A stretch of DNA of 45,631 nucleotides from an uncultured Thermococci archaeon (GTDB taxonomy: Archaea; Methanobacteriota_B; Thermococci; Thermococcales; Thermococcaceae): contig CAZTOS010000009.1 in NCBI GenBank assembly GCA_964615185.1, forward strand, positions 1 to 45,631, given 5' to 3'. Under the pieces are notes generated by a model. That model made no database searches and was not told the origin of the DNA. It saw only the letters and a list, made by a program, of their open reading frames with translations. The number at the start of each line of letters is the position of its first letter. Position 1 is the stretch's first letter. Positions 1-8,900 of the stretch are shown one piece after another. The translations under genes were made by a program, and so were the position numbers.

Positions 1-1
1 A

Positions 2-601
2 ACTACAACGAGCTTTACAGCCCTTTACGCTGCTCCAGAGCAGTTCAGCAAATCGTCCACCGACGAGAGGACTGATATTTATCAGCTTGGCATCATCTTC
101 TATCAGCTTGTTACTGGAAAATTACCCTTCGAGAGCGACGACCCATTTGAACTGATGTTCATGATAATGAATGAGGAACCGAACAAGCCGGGCGAGCTCA
201 ATCCTGATGCCGGGGATGTTGAGCCAATAATTCTTAGAATGCTGGCGAAGCACAAGGAAGACAGATACGAGAGTGCGGCGGAGCTTCAGAGCGATTTAGC
301 CAGCTACCTTGGAATAGAGTTCAGGCGTGAGCTGAAAAGGAGCAGGACGATGGGGGACAAGCGTTTGATTATTTACTACCTTGGGAATTTGCTTGTGATG
401 AGCGTTAAGATGGGCAATTTAACTGGCGCTTACAAGTACGCGAGTGATTTCACAATGCTGACGAGTGGAGAGCTCAAGCAGGAATTTGAAATGCTTGCGA
501 AACAGTTCAAGCTCCGCCTCGAAGAAGGGCTCGAAATCCCAACGGAGCTAATAGAGAAAACGGACATACTCGTACACAAAGTTATGGTTAGGATTAGGTA
601 G
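2..601 (+). CDS. Hanks-type Ser/Thr protein kinase, C-terminal part (gene starts before the window)
   Basis: The frame is open from base 2 and reads ...FTALYAAPEQFSKSSTDERTDIYQLGIIFYQLVTGKLPF...KEDRY. This gives kinase subdomains VIII (APE), IX (DIYQLG) and XI (R), followed by a helical tail. The ORF track only shows the part from the internal Met at 155. Confidence 0.9.
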   Translation, partial: TTTSFTALYAAPEQFSKSSTDERTDIYQLGIIFYQLVTGKLPFESDDPFELMFMIMNEEPNKPGELNPDAGDVEPIILRMLAKHKEDRYESAAELQSDLASYLGIEFRRELKRSRTMGDKRLIIYYLGNLLVMSVKMGNLTGAYKYASDFTMLTSGELKQEFEMLAKQFKLRLEEGLEIPTELIEKTDILVHKVMVRIR

Positions 602-617
602 CTTTCTTTTCTTATCG

Positions 618-668
618 TTATTTCCTCATATAAAAGGAAAAATTTAAATATTATTTCCTCATATAAAA
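618..668 (+). promoter_or_regulatory. Promoter of the ATPase gene with an 18-bp direct repeat flanking the TATA box
   Basis: TTATTTCCTCATATAAAA occurs at 618-635 and 651-668. The TATA-like TTTAAATA at 643-650 lies between them and the ATG is at 673. The first copy extends into the palindrome TTTCCT-N8-AGGAAA (621-640). Confidence 0.65.
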
Positions 669-672
669 AACC

Positions 673-1926
673 ATGCTGAACAAAAATCTCGTGCTTCAGT
701 ATTTGGCGGATTTTCAGGAAAAGAAGCTTCCAGAACTGATTGAGAGGGAACTAAAAACCCCCATAAAAAAGGACTACGTTATATCAATCATTGGACCGAG
801 AAGAAGTGGAAAAACCTTTTATTTTTACCAGCTGATGAGAGACCTCCCAAGGGAGAGCATAATATATATAGACTTTGAGCATCCAATCTTTGAGGGATTT
901 GAGGCTAAAGACATCATTGACGTCCTGAAGCTTCACCGCGAATCTTTCGGGGAGCCTCAGTATATTTTTCTCGATGAAGTGCAGAACGTTCTCAAATGGG
1001 AAAAGATGGTGAGATACCTCAACGACGAAGGTTATCACGTCTTTGTAACTGGCTCCTCTTCAAAGCTCCTCTCCAAGGAGATAGCGACATCGCTGAGAGG
1101 AAGGGCTTTAAGCTATATCCTCTTGCCATTCAGCTTTCGAGAATTCCTGAAAGCCAGGAAATTCACCTATAAAAAGCCGTTGAGCTCAAAAAAAGAAGCT
1201 CGGGTAAAATCTCTGCTTCTTGAATACCTAACCTGGGGCGGCTTTCCAAGGGTGGTGCTTGAGGAAGATGGGACAATCAGGGAAAGGCTTCTCAGGGAGT
1301 ATTTGGATATGGTCATCTACAAGGACATCGTGGAAAGATACAGCGTTAGGAATCTGCACGTTATGAAGCTGTTAATCCGCTCCCTTATGTGTTCATTCTC
1401 AAAGGAGTTCAGCGTTCACGGCTTCTACAATACCCTGAAGTCTCAGGGAATTAAAGTAAGCAAGGGTATCCTATATGAATACCTAAGCTACATTGAGGAC
1501 TCCATGAGCATCTTTCTCCTGAGAAAGTTCAGCTACTCGTTGAAAACTTCCGAGCTTTCAATTCCCAAGGTTTATCCCGTGGATATGGGATTTGCAAGAA
1601 TGTTTTCGTTCACTCCAGATGTAGGTAGGCTGATGGAGCTTGTCGTACTCCTTGAACTAAAGAGGAGAGAGAGGGAAGTTTATTACTACAAGAATCACAG
1701 GGAAGTTGACTTCGTTATTGTCGAGAAAGGTGCTCCCACTGAAATGATTCAGGTAACTTATGCAAGAGATAAAGATGATATAAAGCCAAGAGAGATGGAG
1801 GCGCTGGAGAAAGCCGGGCAAAAGCTGAATGCAGAGAAGACCGTTATTACATGGGACTATGAAGATGAAAAGGATGGGATAAAATTCGTACCGCTGTGGA
1901 AGTGGCTCTTGAAAGAAAAGCTTTAA
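673..1926 (+). CDS. AAA+ superfamily ATP-binding protein (AAA_14 + DUF4143 type, COG1373-like)
   Basis: Walker A GPRRSGKT, Walker B IFLDEVQ, TGSSS and LRGR motifs, GGFP, and a C-terminal EVDFVI..IQV nuclease-like fold. Confidence 0.9.
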   Translation: MLNKNLVLQYLADFQEKKLPELIERELKTPIKKDYVISIIGPRRSGKTFYFYQLMRDLPRESIIYIDFEHPIFEGFEAKDIIDVLKLHRESFGEPQYIFLDEVQNVLKWEKMVRYLNDEGYHVFVTGSSSKLLSKEIATSLRGRALSYILLPFSFREFLKARKFTYKKPLSSKKEARVKSLLLEYLTWGGFPRVVLEEDGTIRERLLREYLDMVIYKDIVERYSVRNLHVMKLLIRSLMCSFSKEFSVHGFYNTLKSQGIKVSKGILYEYLSYIEDSMSIFLLRKFSYSLKTSELSIPKVYPVDMGFARMFSFTPDVGRLMELVVLLELKRREREVYYYKNHREVDFVIVEKGAPTEMIQVTYARDKDDIKPREMEALEKAGQKLNAEKTVITWDYEDEKDGIKFVPLWKWLLKEKL

Positions 1927-1957
1927 TTGGAAAGGGTAAACTCTTAGTGGTGATTAA

Positions 1958-2764
1958 ATGGGGGTAAGTGAGGTATTCCAGGAGTACTTTGTGAACCCGA
2001 TAAAATACAACACTGGCTATAACGTCGTTAACACACTAACCTACGCAATCATTTTGGGAATAGCGGCCTTAGGAGTTTATAAAATCCTAAAACGGCTGGG
2101 AATAAAATACGACAACGCATTTTTTAGAGCACTAATCCCTTACATGATATTTGGAGCATTTACAAGGGCATTAACTGATGCGACCATATACCCAAGAACG
2201 TATTTGACGGTGACTCCCGGAATATATGTGGTTGTGGGGGTAATAACATTCACTGCACTGCTCATTACACATAAGCTCTTTGAAGACTGGAGAAAGGTGT
2301 TTCTCTACTTCGGCTGGACGCTGGTAGGCTTTGATTTCGTCATGCTGCTGACACACTTAGATAAACTCCACTTCACTTGGATTATGCTGAAGTATTTCAT
2401 TCCAGCTGTAATAATAGCGGAGAGCGTTATTTATTTGATGAGTAAAAAAATTGAGCTCGTCAGAGAAAACAGCTACCTCTTCTATGCCCATTTTTATGAT
2501 GCAACGACTACTTTTGTTGGAATCCAGTTCATGGGCTATTGGGAGCAGCATGTCCTTCCAAGATTTCTGATGAATCTAACTGGAACAGCGGCAGTTATGT
2601 ATCTTTTAAAATTTGTAACCCTGACGATAGCACTCTATCTCATGAAAGAACTGCAAGAAACCGAAAGTGACAGAGAGCTTATGGATTTCATCAAAATGGT
2701 GATTTTTATTCTCGGATTTGCCCCGGGAACGAGAAATCTATTAAGAATGCTCATGGGGGTTTGA
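1958..2764 (+). CDS. DUF63 family membrane protein
   Basis: Multi-TM protein with GYNxVNT, AHxxDAxxT and YxEQHV motifs; GGTGA RBS upstream. Confidence 0.8.
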   Translation: MGVSEVFQEYFVNPIKYNTGYNVVNTLTYAIILGIAALGVYKILKRLGIKYDNAFFRALIPYMIFGAFTRALTDATIYPRTYLTVTPGIYVVVGVITFTALLITHKLFEDWRKVFLYFGWTLVGFDFVMLLTHLDKLHFTWIMLKYFIPAVIIAESVIYLMSKKIELVRENSYLFYAHFYDATTTFVGIQFMGYWEQHVLPRFLMNLTGTAAVMYLLKFVTLTIALYLMKELQETESDRELMDFIKMVIFILGFAPGTRNLLRMLMGV

Positions 2765-2766
2765 AA

Positions 2767-3531
2767 ATGTATGAAATGTATGAGTGGAATGAAATTGCCC
2801 TGAGTATTGCAAAGGAAGTTGAAAAGGAAATACTTCCTCTTTTTGGTAAGCCTGAGGGTGGAAAAGTCATTGGAGTTAGTCCCAGCGGAGATAAGACAAA
2901 GCTCGTTGATAAGATCGCCGAGGATGTTGTTCTTAACGCACTAAAACCCCTTGATGTGAATATTGTCAGCGAAGAAATTGGGAATATTGATGTTGGAAGT
3001 GATTATACAGTTGTGATTGATCCCGTTGATGGTTCGTTCAACTTCATCCACGGCATTCCAATTTTCGGCTTCAGTCTTGCTGTATTCAAGGGCAGCAAGC
3101 CAGAGTATGCAATGCTCTATGAATTCATGACAAAGAGCGTTTATGAGGGAATTCCTAAAGAAGGTGCTTACCTCAATGGTAGACCAATTCATGTTAGGGA
3201 ACTCAACGAGAAAGCAATAGCGATAAGCTTTTACACGAGGGGAAGAGGAGTAGGACTGATAAACAAAGTTAAGAGAGTCAGAGTGCTTGGAGCCATTGCG
3301 ATAGAGCTTGCTTATCTGGCAAAAGGTTCTCTTGATGGAGTTTTAGACATTAGGAATTACGTGAGGCCGACAGACATAGCGGCGAGTGCTTTAATAGCCA
3401 AAGAAGCCGGAGCAATAATAACTGATGACACCGGGAAGGAGCTGAAATTTGACTTAAGCGCCTCCGAAAAGCTGAACATCATAGCAGTTAACGATGAAAA
3501 GCTGCTTAAGCTGATGCTGGAGAGTATTTAA
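2767..3531 (+). CDS. suhB: Inositol monophosphatase family (IMPase/FBPase/NADP phosphatase)
   Basis: SEE, DPVDGSFNF and D-I-A-A motifs. The exact start (2761 TTG, 2767 or 2776 ATG) is uncertain. Confidence 0.85.
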   Translation: MYEMYEWNEIALSIAKEVEKEILPLFGKPEGGKVIGVSPSGDKTKLVDKIAEDVVLNALKPLDVNIVSEEIGNIDVGSDYTVVIDPVDGSFNFIHGIPIFGFSLAVFKGSKPEYAMLYEFMTKSVYEGIPKEGAYLNGRPIHVRELNEKAIAISFYTRGRGVGLINKVKRVRVLGAIAIELAYLAKGSLDGVLDIRNYVRPTDIAASALIAKEAGAIITDDTGKELKFDLSASEKLNIIAVNDEKLLKLMLESI

Positions 3532-3579
3532 CACAACGAAAGATTTAAAAATGCATCACAAGGAGGTATATGCGGGCGT

Positions 3580-3687
3580 GCCGGGGTAGCTTAGCCTGGT
3601 CAAAGCGCCCGGCTCATAGGGCGACTCCCCTTCGAGGGAGCCTGAGAAACCGGGAGATCCGGGGTTCGAAGCCCCGCCCCGGCACCA
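3580..3687 (+). tRNA. tRNA-Met(CAT), elongator type, with a 30-nt canonical intron (3619-3648) and encoded CCA
   Basis: Acceptor stem GCCGGGG/CCCCGGC, then A and CCA. Anticodon arm CCCGG-CT-CAT-A [intron] A-CCGGG. T-loop GGTTCGAAG. Bulge-helix-bulge helix CTCA/TGAG. Upstream TATA-like TTTAAAAA at 3544. Confidence 0.95.
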
Positions 3688-3691
3688 TAAC

Positions 3692-3713
3692 AAACTTTTC
3701 TAATAAAAAGTTT
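3692..3713. terminator. AT-rich inverted repeat just downstream of the tRNA (possible terminator)
   Basis: AAACTTTT-CTAATA-AAAAGTTT immediately after the CCA end. Confidence 0.35.
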
Positions 3714-3768
3714 AACTAAAAAACTCCGGACACGTCATATTTTTAAACTTGCCTTCCAAACTTAACCC

Positions 3769-4260
3769 ATGCTTCTAACGAACCATGCAAAGCAGAGAAT
3801 TGTCAAAAGGCTGTCAAAGAGGAGAAAGCTTGAGCGAGTTTATTCTGCACTTTTGGATTTCCTCAAAAATGCAGAAAGGATTGAGGTTAATGAAAAAATC
3901 ATCATCTTCACCGATAAAAGGAAATCTCTTGTATGTACCAGACTCGATGCCGAGTTCTTGAGTTTTAATGAAATTATGGAAAGAGTCAGAGATATCAATG
4001 AGACTTACGAGTGTGTTTTCTGGGGGAAAGAGAAGTTTACAAAAGTTACAACACCCAAGAAATTTCTGGAGCAAATTCCTGAGGGTAGATACTACTTCTA
4101 CATAAACAAGGAAAAGAAAGCGCTCTACATTGGAGATGAACCTCCGCTGTTGGCAATAACTCTAAGACCGGCAAAGAGAAAAGAGAGAATTTTGGAAGAA
4201 GAAACCAATCCTCAAGCTTCCAGTGGAACGACGTATATATCTCCAAATGGCTCCTCCTGA
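3769..4260 (+). CDS. Hypothetical protein (MLLTxHAKxR N-terminus)
   Basis: 163-aa ORF with TATA-like TTTTAAA about 25 bp upstream. Its 3' end overlaps scpA convergently by 49 bp. Confidence 0.7.
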   Translation: MLLTNHAKQRIVKRLSKRRKLERVYSALLDFLKNAERIEVNEKIIIFTDKRKSLVCTRLDAEFLSFNEIMERVRDINETYECVFWGKEKFTKVTTPKKFLEQIPEGRYYFYINKEKKALYIGDEPPLLAITLRPAKRKERILEEETNPQASSGTTYISPNGSS

Positions 4261-4868
4261 ATAAGGTCAACCTTCCCCATGTTTGCTAAAAACAGCAGGT
4301 AGAGGAAAGTCCTTGCAACTATTTTTGGACTTGGGTCAAACACAAGCTCCCAGAAGTTTATCTTTTCCTTCGTTTCCTCATAGAGCTTCTTAACAATCGC
4401 ATACAGTCTATTCACGTGCTTTTCGATGTCAACTCTGAAGTCATCAACAACAAAGATTTCTTCTTCAATCTCTACCTTCTTCTTTGCCTTTAGCTTCCGC
4501 TTTTCGACATCTTCAAGAGCATCCATGAGAGCCTCTATGAGATCATCTAAGGTATAGTAGCGCTCGACTCTTCTAAGGGGTGGGACATAAGGCTCAACAT
4601 CAACCCTTATGCGCTCCTCCTTCTTCTCTTCTTCCTTCTCCTCATCTGCATAAAGTAAAGCCTCAGTCTTCATTCTCAAAAGAATTGACGCTGCAAGGAT
4701 GGCTCTCGCTGAAAGCCTCAGGTCAAGTTCTTTCATTTCCCTTAAACGCTCAATGTATTTTTCTGTTAAGTCCACTATGTCAATGTTCCAAGGGTCCACT
4801 TTGCCCATTATGACAAGCTGGAGGAGGATGTCGATGGGAGTTATCTCATCTTCATATCTGCGCTCCAT
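4212..4868 (-). CDS. scpA: Segregation and condensation protein A (kleisin)
   Basis: DPWNIDIVDLT, ILLRMK and C-terminal FLYLLFL...QEEPFGDI motifs; lies downstream of smc. ATG at 4868 follows a GGTGA RBS. Confidence 0.92.
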   Translation of the reverse strand: MERRYEDEITPIDILLQLVIMGKVDPWNIDIVDLTEKYIERLREMKELDLRLSARAILAASILLRMKTEALLYADEEKEEEKKEERIRVDVEPYVPPLRRVERYYTLDDLIEALMDALEDVEKRKLKAKKKVEIEEEIFVVDDFRVDIEKHVNRLYAIVKKLYEETKEKINFWELVFDPSPKIVARTFLYLLFLANMGKVDLIQEEPFGDIYVVPLEA

Positions 4869-5196
4869 TTTGGTCACCCTTGAGTTCGGATAATGTCATA
4901 CTCCAATAGCCTCCCTGAATACGGATTGTCTCAGCTCTTCTCTAAGAGCATTTTTTGGCACAACATCAACTTTTATTCCCAACTTTTCCGTCAGAAATTC
5001 CTCCAGAGCTATGAGGTCAAATAGATCGGCATCTTCTGAGAATTCAACGAGAACATCCACATCGCTGGTCTCCCTTTGTTCTCCCCTAACATAAGAGCCA
5101 AAGAATGCTAAGCTCTTGACTTTGTACCTGCTTTTCAGTTCGGGTTTGAGTTCTTCAAGAATTTTTAATATATCTTCAAGCTCCATTTTGGTCACC
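4862..5196. repeat. 17-bp direct repeat (RBS plus start codon) shared by scpA and the adjacent MNT gene
   Basis: GCTCCATTTTGGTCACC at 4862-4878 and 5180-5196 (minus strand GGTGACCAAAATGGAGC). Confidence 0.85.
4896..5186 (-). CDS. Minimal nucleotidyltransferase (MNT, COG1669-like antitoxin)
   Basis: FGSYVRGEQ..SDVDVLVEF and KVDVV motifs; about 96 aa. Confidence 0.9.
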   Translation of the reverse strand: MELEDILKILEELKPELKSRYKVKSLAFFGSYVRGEQRETSDVDVLVEFSEDADLFDLIALEEFLTEKLGIKVDVVPKNALREELRQSVFREAIGV

Positions 5197-5605
5197 GTTC
5201 AATCCTCATCCAACCTTTCTCTATTCTCTTAAACTTCTTCTTTGCATGAACAAACAGCTTCTTAATATCTCTCAGATAGTCTTCATCGGCAAAAAGCACA
5301 ATACCCTCTTCAAGAGCATCAAGAGCCAGGGGATGTCCTTTTAATATCATTCTCTGAAATTCCTTGGTGGTATATCCCTTGATGTCTATAGGGGCGGAAG
5401 TTTCATCAAGCAGATAGAGAAGTTTAAGTCGCTTATTGAAGTTTTTAGGCAACTCATCGGAGATAACCAAGATGTCAACATCGCTCCCAACTCCAAAAGT
5501 TCCCCTGGCAATTGAACCATGAAGGATTATGAGCTTTGGATTGAGCTTTTCCTTAAGGATTTGCATGTATTTGTCAATCTCTTTTTTGTATGGAAGCATT
5601 TGCAC
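5192..5605 (-). CDS. Nucleotidyltransferase domain protein (MNT, COG1708-like)
   Basis: HGSIARG....SDVDILVI and DIKGYT motifs; overlaps the upstream HEPN gene. Confidence 0.88.
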   Translation of the reverse strand: MQMLPYKKEIDKYMQILKEKLNPKLIILHGSIARGTFGVGSDVDILVISDELPKNFNKRLKLLYLLDETSAPIDIKGYTTKEFQRMILKGHPLALDALEEGIVLFADEDYLRDIKKLFVHAKKKFKRIEKGWMRIER

Positions 5606-5996
5606 TCTCCCTCACAAAAGTTAAGATTTCTTCAGCAGCTTTGATTGCTTCTTCAGCATCAATCCTATCGTAATACTCGTAAGGCGAACCTTCAATATAT
5701 GCATCTGGATAACGCGGAGGTATGTAGTGTCTGTCTAACAATCGGGCATTTCTAAGCAAATTCTCTGGTACTTGTACTTCCTTAGATAAAATGTCCAGAA
5801 GTTTCTTAATAGAGTGTCCATACGCCATTATTCCCAAACCATACAATAATGCTTTGACTGCCAATTCAGCAGCCTGTTGTGCTTTAAAGCATGCCCAGCT
5901 ATAATCCCCACTGTCCTTGTCTCTAACTGCACTTCTTAATGTATACTCCGCATGCTTAAACCATCTTAGGAACTCTTCTTTATCAAACACCGTCAA
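5574..5996 (-). CDS. HEPN domain protein (COG2250-like)
   Basis: WACFxAQQAAExAVKA, GHS and YIPPRYPDA motifs; paired with an MNT. The true start may be the GTG at 5990. Confidence 0.9.
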   Translation of the reverse strand: MTVFDKEEFLRWFKHAEYTLRSAVRDKDSGDYSWACFKAQQAAELAVKALLYGLGIMAYGHSIKKLLDILSKEVQVPENLLRNARLLDRHYIPPRYPDAYIEGSPYEYYDRIDAEEAIKAAEEILTFVRESANASIQKRD

Positions 5997-8900
5997 ACAC
6001 CCAAGGCATTTCTCCGCCTCGCCTTCTCAAGGTACTCCATTGCCTTCTCCAAGCTCAAGCTGACGACCCTTGAAATTCCATCTCTCATCGAAACACCGAT
6101 TATCTTTTCAGCATTTGCCATCATAACATCTCTAAGGGTTATAACTATAAACTGACTGTGCTGTGATGCCTCTTTTATCAGATCAGCAACCCTCTTGACG
6201 TTTGCATCATCAAGGTGTGCATCAATCTCGTCAAAGAGGTAGAACGGAGCTGGCTTATATCTCTGAATTGCAAAGACAAATGCCAAAGCCGTCAAAGCTT
6301 TCTCTCCACCACTCATTGCTTCGATTCTCTTCACTTCCTTTCCAGCGGGCTTTGCCTCAATCTCGAGACCTCCACTGAATGGGTCATCTGGATTCTCAAG
6401 GATTAGCCTTGCAGAACCTCCCGGAGAAAGCTTGGCAAACAGCTCCGAGAAGTTCCTGGCTATTGCATTAAGCGTTGTCATGAAGACATTCTTCTTCTGA
6501 GCTTCAATCTCATCTATGAACTCCAGTATGCTTTCCTTCTCTGCCTCAAGTCTTTCCCTTTTTGACTTAAGCTCCATGTATCTTCTTTCCACAATCTCAA
6601 AGTCCTCAATAGCTTTCATGTTAACTGGCTCAAGTTCCTTGATTTCCTCTTCCATCTGCTCAATCTCTTCCCTCAGCTTTTCAAGGTCAAGCGGGATTTC
6701 CTTCACGAGCTTTGTATCGTGGTGCTTGAGCTCCCTGTTCTTCTCTTGGAGCTGGGCATTATACTGGGCAATCTTAATCTTGAGTGTATTTGCCTCAATC
6801 CTAAGCTCCTGCAGTCTGTTATTGAGCTTGTCTTTCTCCTCTCTGAGCTGGATTATTTCTTTCTTCAACTCCTCTCTCTTATCCCTCAAAGCTTTAAGCT
6901 CCTCTTTGACTTCACTTTCTTGCTCTTCTAACTTCTTCAGCTCCTCTTGGAGCTTTGCTATGTCCTCTTCATTCTTTGCTATGCTCTGCTTGAATGCATT
7001 AATCCTGTTCACAAGCCCTTCAATTTCCTCTTCAAGGCTCGCCTTTCTTGGAAGTAATTCTTCGTTAATTCTCACATTAAGACTCTCAAGCTTTGATTCA
7101 ACTTTGCTCAGCTCTTCCCTAAGCTTGCTTATTTCATGTTCAATTTCTCTAATCTTCTGATTGAGCTCTCTTGCCTCTGGATTATCTAAAGCTTTCTTCA
7201 ACTTGTCCTTCTTCTTTTCCAAGCGCTCAATCTTTCCTTTGAGCTTTGCAAGTTCACCTTTTGTATCATAGATTTTCTTTTCAAGGGCTTTAATCAGTTC
7301 TTCGCTCTCTTTAATTTCTTCGCTTAGAAGTTTATCTTCCTTCAGTAATCTATCCATGTCCTTTTGGAGAACATCCAAGTCTTTACTGACATCACTCTTC
7401 TTCATCCTGAGCTCAAACAGCTCCCTCTCAAGACCTCTATACTCAACCTTTAATGCATTAATCTCAGATTCAAGTCTCTCTTTTTCCCTTCCAAGGGCTT
7501 CCACCTTCTTTTTTAACTCTTCAGTGTTCACGGCCAATCTTGCCCTGGGCTTGTAATAACCACCAACTATAGCACCGCTCTTCTCGAGGAGTTCTCCACC
7601 AAGTGTCACCATTCTGACTTTTCCTATTCCAACGGCTCTTGCTTCATCCATGTCATTAACTATCAGGGTATCACCAAGGGCAAAAGCAACTGCATTCTTG
7701 AACTTGGGATCATAATCTACAACATCCATCGCTGGAATCCCAAGAGGAGCTTCCTTAAGGGAACGGGGCTTTATCTTGTTTAAAGGCAAGAAAGTTAATC
7801 TCCCAAGTCTATTCTCTTTTAGGAACTTGATTGCTTTCTCAGCTACCCTATCATCTTCAACAACGACATTATCCGCATGAGAGCCTAAAGCAACATCAAT
7901 GGCAACAAAATAATTATCATCTTTGACTCTGATTAATTCAGCCAAAGATCCGTAAACCCCTGAAATGTTTGCTCTCTTTAAAGCTTCAAGTGCTTTATTT
8001 TTGCTTACTTCTCTCTGAGCCTCTGCCCTAATTAACTCTTGTTTGACTTTTTCCAGGTCTGGAATGACTTTTTGGAGTTTCTGCTGTTTTTCCTTAAGTT
8101 CTTTTTCAACTTTTCTGAGTTGTGACTCTCTCTTCTGCATCTTGCTCTCTATTTCACCAAGCTCAGCTTTTTTCTCATCAATCTTTGTCTTAAGATCCGC
8201 TATTTTGTTTTTTAGGGTTAATCTTTTTGCATTATTTTGAACAACTTTGCTTTTCAGCCTCTCTATCTCCTCCTCAAACTTCTTTATGTCACTTTCCTTC
8301 ATGTAAAAGTCGCGCTTTGTATTTTCAAGCTCTTCTGTAACCTTATCAAATTTCTGCTTCGCTATAGTAAAGTTTTTGTCAATTTCGCCGAGTTTTACAA
8401 TTAATTCATTTCTTTCTTTCTCTTTCTCTTCTATTTCCTTAAGCAACTTTTCCTTTCTCCTGCTCCATCTCTGTATTGCAGATTTATTCTTTTCAATTTC
8501 CTCCGAAATCTTCTTGAGTTCTTCTTTGCTCTTTATGAGTCTCCTCTGGCTTTCTTCAATTTCTTTCTTGGCAAGTTCAATATTTTTCTTAGCCATCTCT
8601 ATCTTCGATTTTACATCGCTTATTTTTCTTGTAAGCTCTAAGATGCCATCTTCACTCTTTTCCTCCAGTTCTCTTTCTATTTTAGCCAGTAGGTTCTCTT
8701 TTTCAATTATTCCCTTTGCAATTTCCTTTAATTTATTCTCGACTTCTTTAGCTTCCCCTTCTATCTGTTTGTCTCTTTCTTCACTTTCTTTAATGAGCTT
8801 TTCAAGTCTCTTGATTTCCCCAACAAGGAGGGTAACCTTGGCTTTTTCTAATCTCTCCTTCAAATCCAAGTAGCGTAATGCATCATTTCTCTCTTTTTCC

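Noticed and set aside
3580..3687. tRNA-Met as an integration (att) site
   Set aside because: I saw no duplicate of either tRNA half and no integrase fragment in the window, and the flanks are housekeeping-like.
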